Source of the DNA: Armatimonadota bacterium
GTDB taxonomy: Bacteria > Armatimonadota > SYMT01
Assembly: GCA_046292385.1 (NCBI GenBank)
Contig: JBKBRF010000020.1
Span: forward strand, 52,090-116,089
Reading direction: 5' to 3'
Length of the DNA: 64,000 nt
The translations under genes and the position numbers were made by a program. Below are positions 10,570 through 18,039 of this stretch, one piece after another. How positions within the stretch are numbered: position 1 is the stretch's first letter; the number at the start of each line of letters is the position of its first letter. The notes below the pieces were generated by a model. That model was given only the letters and a program-made list of their open reading frames with translations, did not search any database and was not told where the DNA came from.

Positions 10570-10710
10570 CGGGTCGCTTCAGGCACAAAAAGGGCCGGCG
10601 CACATCGCCGGACAACGCCGCATCATAACACTGCAGGGCAACCCGGCACAACGAGCGCCCGCGTCTCGCCCCGAGCGGCGACCGCCGGGCCGTAAGCCGC
10701 CGCGAGGCTA

Positions 10711-10740
10711 TTGACGCGCGCGCCGGGCACCTGCTACGAT
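10711..10740 (+). promoter_or_regulatory. Sigma70-type promoter of tRNA-Cys
   Basis: TTGACG-18 nt-TACGAT with an extended -10 TG. Confidence 0.6.
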
Positions 10741-10776
10741 AAGCCACCCCGGTATGCGGCTCCGTCCGCGCCGTGC

Positions 10777-10848
10777 GGCGGCGTAGCCAAGTGGCTAAGG
10801 CAGGAGTCTGCAAAACTCCCATCAGCGGTTCGATTCCGCTCGCCGCCT
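10777..10848 (+). tRNA. tRNA-Cys (GCA); CCA not encoded
   Basis: Acceptor GGCGGCG/CGCCGCC, D arm GCCAAGTGGCTAAGGC, anticodon arm GGAGT-CTGCAAA-ACTCC, T loop GGTTCGATTCC, discriminator U. Confidence 0.96.
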
Positions 10849-10866
10849 TCCCAGCTCTGGAACCGC

Positions 10867-10898
10867 GAAGCCCCAGCCGTCAGGCCGGGGCTTCTTTC
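10867..10898. terminator. Terminator-like hairpin between convergent tRNA-Cys and the pentapeptide gene
   Basis: GAAGCCCC...GGGGCTTC followed by TTT. Confidence 0.65.
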
Positions 10899-10919
10899 GT
10901 AATGGATGTTCACGGCCGG

Positions 10920-11705
10920 TTAGCGGTTCTGGTTTCCGGCGCTGCGGCTCCGGCTGCTGGAGCCGGATTTACTGGGCGTGACCGACGCCGGGACCGGAAT
11001 CGGCCCGCGCGCTTCCGGGTCCAGCGCCGCCAGGATCGCCCCGCTCTCCGCCGGTCGGAAGCCGGCCGGCCATTTCGTGCTCGCGTTGTAGAGCGCGCTC
11101 TCCAGGATCGCGCCGGAAAGGATCGCCTCGGAGAGGTTGGCGCCGCGGAGGTCGGCGCCGGTCAGGTCTGCCTCGCTCAGGTCCGCCCGGGTCAGGGTGG
11201 CGCGCTCCAGGTTCGCGCCCTGCAGCTTCGCGCCGGTCAGGCGGGCGCGGTGCAGGCTCGCGCCGGTCAGCACCGCGTCCTTCAAGTCCGCGTCGGTCAG
11301 GATCGCCTCGCCCAGGATCGCCTGGTAGAGCTTCGCGTCGGTGAGATTGGCGCGGGCGAAGCGGGAGCGGGAGAGATTGGTGCGCTCCAGCACCGCCCGG
11401 GTCAGGTCCGCCTCCGAAAAGTCGGCGTCGGTTGCCAGCGATCCGGTCAGCACCGCCTCGGTCAGGATCGCGCGCGAGAGGTCGACCCGGGGCATCCGGA
11501 CGCTGATCAGAATCGCGCGGGTCAGGTCGGCGCCGGCGAGATTGCGGCCGCGCAGGTCGTCGAACGAGCGGTTCTGCTCCACAAAGCTCGGCAGCGCCGG
11601 CGGCGCCTGCTCCGGGAGCATGCGCTCTCCGGCGGCGGCAGACACCGCCGCTCCGGCGATCAGCAGTCCGCCGGCGAGCGCCGGCAGGGTCCGTCTCCAG
11701 GTCAT
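10920..11705 (-). CDS. Secreted pentapeptide repeat protein
   Basis: Signal peptide followed by many A(D/N)LxX repeats (ADLTR, ANLTD, ADLSE). Confidence 0.92.
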   Translation of the reverse strand: MTWRRTLPALAGGLLIAGAAVSAAAGERMLPEQAPPALPSFVEQNRSFDDLRGRNLAGADLTRAILISVRMPRVDLSRAILTEAVLTGSLATDADFSEADLTRAVLERTNLSRSRFARANLTDAKLYQAILGEAILTDADLKDAVLTGASLHRARLTGAKLQGANLERATLTRADLSEADLTGADLRGANLSEAILSGAILESALYNASTKWPAGFRPAESGAILAALDPEARGPIPVPASVTPSKSGSSSRSRSAGNQNR

Positions 11706-11720
11706 CCTCGTCTCCCGCGG

Positions 11721-11957
11721 CTACTCGCTGCCGCTCTCCGCCTCTTCCACCGCGCGCATGGCGCCCTGGAAGCCGATCCGGCTGTGCGTGCCGTCGCAGA
11801 ACGGCTTCTTGACCGAGGCTCCGCAGCGGCAGAGCGCGATGACCGGCTTCTCCAGCCGAATCGTGTTCCCCTCGTGATCCACCAGCTCCACCGGTCCGCT
11901 CACGATGTAGGGGCCGTTCTCCCGGATGTCGATCCGCACGTCTGCCATCGTCTCCAC
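11721..11957 (-). CDS. CDGSH iron-sulfur domain protein
   Basis: RENGPYIV...ALCRCGASVKKPFCDGTH. Confidence 0.93.
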   Translation of the reverse strand: METMADVRIDIRENGPYIVSGPVELVDHEGNTIRLEKPVIALCRCGASVKKPFCDGTHSRIGFQGAMRAVEEAESGSE

Positions 11958-12060
11958 CTTTCACTACCGTCTGCTCGGCCCTCACGCAAGCGCCGCCAGT
12001 GGAATGTTACTACCTCCCGCGCGCGATTCCCCTCTGCGGCCGCCCTAGGTTGCGGCCGAC

Positions 12061-12424
12061 CCCGGTGGACGGTGCTGTCTACGTACCGCCCAGCCGCCCA
12101 CGTGGACGTCCGGAGGGGCAGCCAAAGGCTGAACCGGAGGGCGGCACTTGTGACCACCCCTTGGCCAAGGGGTGGTTGCTCGAAGGGTCGGGATTCAGCC
12201 CGTGAACCTTGCCTCTGGCGAGATCCGGACTGTGGCGCGGGAAGAGCAAGCCGGAGCGAACTCCCGGAGCGGCCCGTTAGCCCGAAGGGCGTGGGAGGGC
12301 CGCGGAGGGCAGAGTCGCGGGAGGGCTGAATTCCGGCACAAGGGCACGGGGTCGGACCCACGGGATGGTGGCTGCCTTCCGCATGCAGATCAAGCTCACG
12401 CCGAGGGAGACCCGCCCACCAGGA
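12061..12424 (+). ncRNA. Candidate structured RNA, family unassigned
   Basis: Nested long-range helices (12111-12124/12369-12381 and 12187-12201/12323-12337 with G-U pairs), a 24-bp perfect palindrome at 12153-12176 and several 7-bp stems. Confidence 0.45.
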
Positions 12425-12480
12425 AGAACCTGCTCTTCGGCGGAGCGGATCGGCGCGCTCCGCGTGAGAGGAGCACGTCC

Positions 12481-13506
12481 ATGAAGTCCCCCCGGTTTGC
12501 GGTACGGTGCGCGGCGCTCGCTGCCGCATGCTTCGCCTTCGCCGGCTGCACCGTCACCACCCCCGGCGCGGCCCCGCCTCCCGCGAATGCGCCCGCGGCC
12601 TCCGGAGGGGAGGAGACGGTCGTCGTGCCGGAGGCGCCTCCGGTGCCGGAAGAGGTAGTCCCGAGCGGCAAGCCGGACCGCCCGCTGACGGTGGGAGTCT
12701 CCCTGCTCACGCGCACGCACGAGTTCTACAAGGAGATGGAAGCGGCGATGCGGGAGGCGGCCGAGGAGCACGGGATCACGCTGCAGGTCCAGAGCGCCGA
12801 CATGGACCGGAGCCGGCAGCTCGAGCAGGTGCAGACGTTCCTCTCGCAGAAGGTCGACGCCATTATCCTCTGCCCGGTCGATAGCCAGAGCTCCGGCAGC
12901 CTGGTCCAGCTTGCCAACGAGCAGCGGGTGCCGGTCTTCACCGCGGACATCGCCAGCAAGGGCGGGGACGTCGTCTGCCACGTCGCCTCGAACAACGAGC
13001 AGGGCGGAGAGCTGGTGGGGGACTACCTGGCGGAAGCGCTCGGCGGGACGGGGGAGGTGGCGATCATTGACTACCCGGTCGTCACTTCCGTGCAGGACCG
13101 CGTCCGCGGCTTCAAGAAGGCGATCGCCCGCCACCCCGGGATCAAGATCGTCGCGCAGCCCGCGCCGGAGAAGCCGGAGCGTGCGGTCACCTTCCCCGTG
13201 GCGCAGGACCTCCTCCAGTCGCGCGGTCCGAGCCTGAAAGGCGTCTTCGGGATCAACGACGACTGCGCCCTCGCGGTGGTGCAGGCGGCCAGTGCCGCCG
13301 GGCGGGACGACCTGGTCGTGGTCGGCTTCGACGCCACGCCGGAGGCGCAGCAGTACATCCGCCAGGGCAGCGTCCTCAAGGCGGACGCGATGCAGTTCCC
13401 CGGCGTCATCGGCCGCAGCGTGGTCAGCGCCGTCGTGAAGAACGCCGCAGGCGAAGCGGTGCCGAAGACCGTCGCCATCCCTACGGGCCTGCTGCGGAGA
13501 AAGTAG
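12481..13506 (+). CDS. Sugar ABC transporter substrate-binding lipoprotein (RbsB/LacI-type periplasmic fold)
   Basis: Lipobox FAGC, VDAIILCPVD, ASNNEQGG, FGINDDCAL and VVGFDA; GAGGAG SD before the ATG at 12481. Confidence 0.9.
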   Translation: MKSPRFAVRCAALAAACFAFAGCTVTTPGAAPPPANAPAASGGEETVVVPEAPPVPEEVVPSGKPDRPLTVGVSLLTRTHEFYKEMEAAMREAAEEHGITLQVQSADMDRSRQLEQVQTFLSQKVDAIILCPVDSQSSGSLVQLANEQRVPVFTADIASKGGDVVCHVASNNEQGGELVGDYLAEALGGTGEVAIIDYPVVTSVQDRVRGFKKAIARHPGIKIVAQPAPEKPERAVTFPVAQDLLQSRGPSLKGVFGINDDCALAVVQAASAAGRDDLVVVGFDATPEAQQYIRQGSVLKADAMQFPGVIGRSVVSAVVKNAAGEAVPKTVAIPTGLLRRK

Positions 13507-13508
13507 GC

Positions 13509-13699
13509 TTATAAGGGATGAATGATGAGGGATGAGGGATGAATTCCGAACCTCTGGCACGGGGGATCCGAACGCTCGTGGCGTGCAACTGCGGCTCGAT
13601 TGGCCTCTGGAGAAAGAGAAAGAGAACGAGAAGGAGAAGGATCTCCGAAGTGCGGTAGGTTCGGATTCATCCCTCATCCTTCATCCCTCATCCTTTAAG
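13509..13699. repeat. Inverted element of (GATGAGG) heptamers with an internal (GAGAAA)-type hexamer run
   Basis: AAGGGATGAATGATGAGGGATGAGGGATGAATTCCGAACCT...AGGTTCGGATTCATCCCTCATCCTTCATCCCTCATCCTTT. Confidence 0.8.
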
Positions 13700-13701
13700 T
13701 C

Positions 13702-13730
13702 TTGACTTCCACGGGCCTGGCCGCTAGACT
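13702..13730 (+). promoter_or_regulatory. Sigma70-type promoter of rplJL
   Basis: TTGACT-17 nt-TAGACT. Confidence 0.7.
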
Positions 13731-13761
13731 GGGCCCCGACAGCCGAATAACCGCTCGGAAC

Positions 13762-13900
13762 CGCCGAAGACCGCAGGCGCCGCCCCGTGGGTGGCCGAAA
13801 ATCCCAGCCTGCCGAGGTAGAGAAGCCAGCGGACCCGATGGCGCCTCGCCGTCGCGGCCCCCGTTTTGCGTCCCTGCCTGACCCTCAGGCGGGGACGTTC
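13762..13900 (+). promoter_or_regulatory. Ribosomal protein L10 leader (autoregulatory RNA)
   Basis: CCGAAGACCGCAGG...GAAAA...CCTGCCGAGG consensus directly upstream of rplJ, followed by the hairpin CCCTGCCTGA-CCC-TCAGGCGGGG. Confidence 0.8.
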
Positions 13901-13917
13901 AGGTTTTCTGGGGGGAG

Positions 13918-14478
13918 GTGATTCCGATTTCCGAGAAAGAGATTCCGCATCGCGACCCGCGCCCTGACAAGGTGGCGCAGGTAGAGACGATCTCCGAGCT
14001 GCTGGACCGCTCCGCGGGCGTGGTACTGACCGACTACCGCGGCTTCACGGTGGCCGAGAAGGCCGACCTGACCCGGCGCCTGCGGGAGGCCGGGGCCGAG
14101 TACCACGTGGTCAAGAACACGCTGTTCCGGCTGGCCTACGCCGAGCGCGGCGAGAACCCGGAGGAGATGCTTTCCGGTCCGACCGCCGTGGCGTTCGCGC
14201 TGAATGACCCGGTCGGCCCGTCCAAGGTCCTGCTCGACTTCATTCGCGAGAAGAAGAAGGGCACGGTGAAGGGCGGCGTGGTCGACGGCAAGATCTTCAA
14301 CGAGGACGCGATCAAGCGCCTGTCCGAGCTTCCGCCGAAGGACCAGCTCATCGCGCAGGTGGTGGGCGCCGTCCAGGGCCCGCTCGCCGGCCTCGTCTAC
14401 AGCCTGCAGGGCGTGCTGGGCAACTTCGTCCGCACCGTTCAGGCGATCCACGACCAGAAGGCGGAAGGCGGCGCTTAA
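13918..14478 (+). CDS. rplJ: 50S ribosomal protein L10 (true start possibly ATT at 13927)
   Basis: LTDYRGFTV, VVKNTL, LSGPTAVAF and LSELPPKDQL. Confidence 0.96.
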   Translation: MIPISEKEIPHRDPRPDKVAQVETISELLDRSAGVVLTDYRGFTVAEKADLTRRLREAGAEYHVVKNTLFRLAYAERGENPEEMLSGPTAVAFALNDPVGPSKVLLDFIREKKKGTVKGGVVDGKIFNEDAIKRLSELPPKDQLIAQVVGAVQGPLAGLVYSLQGVLGNFVRTVQAIHDQKAEGGA

Positions 14479-14532
14479 GCCGGCCTTTCCACCGATATCC
14501 GCTCGTACTGTTTACTTAAGGGAGAGAGACCG

Positions 14533-14919
14533 ATGGCTCTTAGCAAGGAAGAGATTATCGACGCGATCAGCCAGATGTCCGTGCTGGACCTGGCCGAGCT
14601 CGTGAAGGACCTGCAGGACAAGTTCGGCGTCAGTGCCGCTCCGGTGGCGGTGGCTGCTGGCCCGGCCGCTGGCCCGGCCGCCGCGGCGGTGGAGGAGGCT
14701 CCGACCTCCTTCAACGTGATCCTCACCAGCGCCGGCGCCCAGAAGATCCAGGTGATCAAGGCGGTCCGCGAGGTGACGACCCTGGGTCTGAAGGAAGCGA
14801 AGGACCTGGTGGACGGCGCTCCGAGCCCGGTGAAGGAAGGCGTGGCGAAGGAAGAGGCCGACGCCCTGAAGGCGAAGCTGGAGGAGTCCGGCGCCACCGT
14901 CGAGATCAAGCCGGCTTAA
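14533..14919 (+). CDS. rplL: 50S ribosomal protein L7/L12
   Basis: [21 protein letters not shown] and an Ala-rich hinge. Confidence 0.98.
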   Translation: MALSKEEIIDAISQMSVLDLAELVKDLQDKFGVSAAPVAVAAGPAAGPAAAAVEEAPTSFNVILTSAGAQKIQVIKAVREVTTLGLKEAKDLVDGAPSPVKEGVAKEEADALKAKLEESGATVEIKPA

Positions 14920-14947
14920 TCGCCCGCTCGCGTCGACGAAAAGACTC

Positions 14948-14986
14948 GGAAGCCCGCGGCACCCGCCGCGGGCTTCCCGGTTTTCT
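14948..14986 (+). terminator. Intrinsic terminator after rplL
   Basis: GGAAGCCCGCGG-CACCCG-CCGCGGGCTTCC followed by CGGTTTT. Confidence 0.75.
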
Positions 14987-15111
14987 GATGGGGGGGTGGG
15001 TGCTTGCCGGGCGGTTGAAACTACGGCAACTACGGCACGAAGTTTCATCCCCCGGACGGGGGAGCCCCTACGGGCACTCAAATAGACCTGATCCGCGCGT
15101 CCGGCGCCGGC

Positions 15112-16104
15112 CTATCGCACCGCCGCCTGGGTCGCGCTCAGGTCGGTGAAGGTGAACTTCCGCTTCACCGCCTCGTGCTTCTTGCCGCCGATCTCCACGT
15201 GGGGGTAGACGAAGTAGTTGAGCGGGCCGCTCTTCTGGGCGGGAGCGAGGGTCAGGTGACGTCCGCGGCTGAATTCCAGGCGGTTCTCGTCGTGGTGCCC
15301 GAAGAAGTAGTCCTTCTTCTCCCGCTGGCCCAGCGCCACCGCCTTCGCCGCCTCGCTGCTGTCGATCGGGACCCACTCGCCGTCTACGTAGAGCTCGGCC
15401 CAGCAGTGATAGCCGGGGATCTCGCCCTGTCCGCGCTCCTCCGGCAGCGGCACGCCCATGGCGAAGCGGGCCGGGATCCCCTGCGACCGGGCCATGCCGA
15501 TGATGAGCGCGTGGAAGTCGGTGCAGTTGCCGCGTTTGGCGTCGCACGCCCAGATCGCGTCGCCGCGGCCCCAGCCGGTCCCGCTCTTGTCGTACTTCAT
15601 CATCCCGGTGACCTTCTCATAGATCGCCCGGGCTTTCGCCGCCGCCCCCTTCTTGCCGCGGGTCGCCTCTACCGCCAGCGCCTTCACGGGGCCGTCGGTG
15701 GGGACCAGCGGCTCCGCGCTCAGGTACTCCGCCCGCTCCGCCGCGTTCAGCTCTTCCCGCGTGCCGGCGTTCTCCAGGCGGGTCGCCACGATCTCCATCG
15801 TGATCTCCACCGGACCGCTCGGCCGCTCTTGGCGGAAGTAGGCTGCCTGGTTGCCCTGCCGCGGCTCCTGGGAGATGGTGATCGGTCCCGGCGCGGCGAG
15901 CGTGACGCTGTGGATCGCCTGGTGCTCCGTCGACTGCGGGTACGGCAGCCAGACCTCCAGCGCGCCGGAGCCGTGCGGCACGTCGTTTACGACCGTCCTA
16001 TAGTGAAACCGGAAGGTCCGGCTGCGGGTCGGGGTCTGCGCGGCACCGGCCAGCCCGCAGGAGACGGCGAGCAGCGAGGCGACGAGCGAGAGAGTGAGCT
16101 TCAT
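15112..16104 (-). CDS. Secreted transglutaminase-like cysteine protease domain protein
   Basis: GNCTDFHAL, GIPARF, YHCWAE and WVPID giving a Cys-His-Asp triad; signal peptide. Confidence 0.9.
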   Translation of the reverse strand: MKLTLSLVASLLAVSCGLAGAAQTPTRSRTFRFHYRTVVNDVPHGSGALEVWLPYPQSTEHQAIHSVTLAAPGPITISQEPRQGNQAAYFRQERPSGPVEITMEIVATRLENAGTREELNAAERAEYLSAEPLVPTDGPVKALAVEATRGKKGAAAKARAIYEKVTGMMKYDKSGTGWGRGDAIWACDAKRGNCTDFHALIIGMARSQGIPARFAMGVPLPEERGQGEIPGYHCWAELYVDGEWVPIDSSEAAKAVALGQREKKDYFFGHHDENRLEFSRGRHLTLAPAQKSGPLNYFVYPHVEIGGKKHEAVKRKFTFTDLSATQAAVR

Positions 16105-16244
16105 TGCAGGTAATCCCGGGGCGGCCCGGCTGAACGCACCGGCGTGCTCCGTCTGAGGATACGCCGGGGCACGCTGCCGCTCACATCGAAAGCTTGGATG
16201 GCGGCTCGGCCGTCTATCGAACGAAGCAATGGGAGTGTGGGACG

Positions 16245-17060
16245 ATGGAACGGACCGCGATCGTCACCGGGGCCGGACGCGGCGTGGGGAGGTCGATCGC
16301 CCTCGCGCTGGCGCGCGGCGGCTGGCGGGTGGCCCTGCTGGCGCGCACCGCGGAGCAACTCGAGGCCGTGGCCGCAGAGGCGCGCTCGGCGGGTGCCGGG
16401 GCCTCCCTGCCCCTGACGGCAGACGTGACCGATCCCGCCGCGTGGGCCGCTGCGGTCGAAGCCGTCGAGCAGGAGCTCGGTCCGGCCGAGCTGCTGGTGA
16501 ACAATGCGGGGACGTTCAGCGCCATCGGTCCGCTCTGGGAGGCCGACCCGGACGCCTGGTGGGCCGACGTAACGGTAAGCCTGCGCGGCGTGCAGCTCGG
16601 CTGCCGCGCGGTGCTGCCGGGGATGCTCGCGCGGGGCCGCGGCCGCATCGTGAACGTGGTGGGAGGCGGAACGTTCGCGCCGTTCCCGCACGGCAGCGGC
16701 TACGCCGCAGGCAAGGCGGCGGTGATGCGCGTTACCGAAACCCTGGCGGCGGAGCTGGAAGAAGTGGGGAGCGCGGTCGCCGTCTTCGCGATCAGTCCGG
16801 GGCTGGTCCGCACCCGGCTCACGGAGCGCCAGCTCACCACTCCCGAGGGGCAGCGCTGGATGCGCCGGACCCGGGAGATGTTCGAGCGGGGCCGCGACCA
16901 GCCGCCGGAGCGAGCGGGAGAGCTGGTGGTGGCGCTCGCCTCCGGCCGCTTCGATCGCCTGGCGGGGCGCTTCTTCGCCGCGTCGGACGACCTGGAGACG
17001 CTGCTGGCCGATGAGGAGGAGATCCGCCGGAAGGATCGGCGCACGCTGCGGATGCGCTGA
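16245..17060 (+). CDS. Short-chain dehydrogenase/reductase
   Basis: TGAGRGVG, LVNNAG, YAAGK and SPGLVRT. Confidence 0.93.
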   Translation: MERTAIVTGAGRGVGRSIALALARGGWRVALLARTAEQLEAVAAEARSAGAGASLPLTADVTDPAAWAAAVEAVEQELGPAELLVNNAGTFSAIGPLWEADPDAWWADVTVSLRGVQLGCRAVLPGMLARGRGRIVNVVGGGTFAPFPHGSGYAAGKAAVMRVTETLAAELEEVGSAVAVFAISPGLVRTRLTERQLTTPEGQRWMRRTREMFERGRDQPPERAGELVVALASGRFDRLAGRFFAASDDLETLLADEEEIRRKDRRTLRMR

Positions 17061-17572
17061 TCCGTGGTCATTCCGGCTGGACTAGGTCAGTTTTCGCAGC
17101 TCCCGGAAACTCGGGTTTCACGGAGGTAGCGCAGGGGGAACTCTAAGCCATCAAATCCTGGAGCGTTCTCACCCCTCCAGGTGCTGGCCTACGCAGGCAG
17201 TGGAGGTAGCCATCGATGACGCCGCCGGACTCCATATGCAGATGACCCCCACGTGGGGTGTCGCATCCGTTCAGGCCGTGCGACTACGCAGAAGTCCCGT
17301 TCCCGCGAGTGCCACAACAGGCTGCTAACCGCCGTGAAGATGAGGTTTCGGTTAGCCGGCGGGTGAAGGGTGTGCGAGTACGTGCTGCGCCGGGCGGATT
17401 CCAGCCCGGTGGGCCGCGCCGGGAGTCGCGAGGGCGGACGAGAGCCGCGCGACCCGAGAGGCGGAGGGATGGTCCTTCCGCAGCGGACCGCACCAATGAG
17501 GGTGAAAAACTAGCTTGTGAATAGCGATGGGGCGCCGCGGTGCGCCCCATCCGCGCGTACGGCCTTTCGGAG

Positions 17573-17690
17573 ACGGAGAGACGGAGAGACGGAGAGACGG
17601 AGAGACGGAGAGACGGAGAGACGGAGAGACGGAGAGACGGAGAGACGGAGAGACGGAGAGACGGAGAGACGGAGAGACGGAGAGACGGAG
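17573..17690. repeat. Perfect 8-bp tandem repeat (ACGGAGAG), 14 full copies plus a partial copy
   Basis: Read directly from the sequence. Confidence 0.97.
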
Positions 17691-17699
17691 GGCGGCGGG

Positions 17700-18032
17700 C
17701 ATGGCGCCCCGGAGGGGCGCGAGAGGATAGCCGGGGGTCAGCGCAGCGCAGCCCCCGGGATTCGGAGCCGCCACCACGCCCCGCCCTGGAGGGGCGGGAG
17801 GGCTACCCGGAAGTGGTGCGGAGTGAACTCCGCGGGTTGGCTCCGCCGGCAGTCAACTGCCGGCGATCTGGGGCTTTTTGCGCCCTGGAGGGGCGGCGGA
17901 AACCCGTCCTCTCGAGAACGCGCCGGAGCCCGGGGCTCGCCAGCGAGCAGGAGCAAGAGTAGGAGCAAGAGCAGGCCCCCCCATACACGGAGGGTTCGGC
18001 TTTAGCCTTTAGCCTTCTGCCTTTAGCCTTTA
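17700..18032. repeat. Cluster of REP-like palindromes and short tandem repeats
   Basis: CGCCC(C/T)GGAGGGG?CG three times, CGCCGGCAGTCAACTGCCGGCG palindrome, (GAGCAA/GAGCAG) hexamers and (CCTTTAG) heptamers. Confidence 0.75.
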
Positions 18033-18039
18033 GGATCCC

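Noticed and set aside
7766..10822. 1018-aa ORF as a single gene
   Set aside because: The 5' two-thirds is an alternative frame over prfC and a repeat spacer; only 7766-8647 has protein-like motifs.
10849..12000. Genomic island integrated at tRNA-Cys
   Set aside because: No integrase, and I saw no duplicated tRNA 3' end in the window.
12230..12420. Cobalamin riboswitch
   Set aside because: GGGAA...CCGG and GGAGACCCGCC resemble B12 elements, but the GCxACTGT core is missing and the element order does not fit.
17285..17525. RNase P RNA or tmRNA
   Set aside because: No GAGGAAAGTCC/ACCCGGCTTA P4 pairing and no tRNA-like GGTTCGA...CCA end.
17352..18005. ORFs with RRDGETE or LSVSPSLR repeats
   Set aside because: They are translations of the 8-bp microsatellite, open in several frames on both strands.
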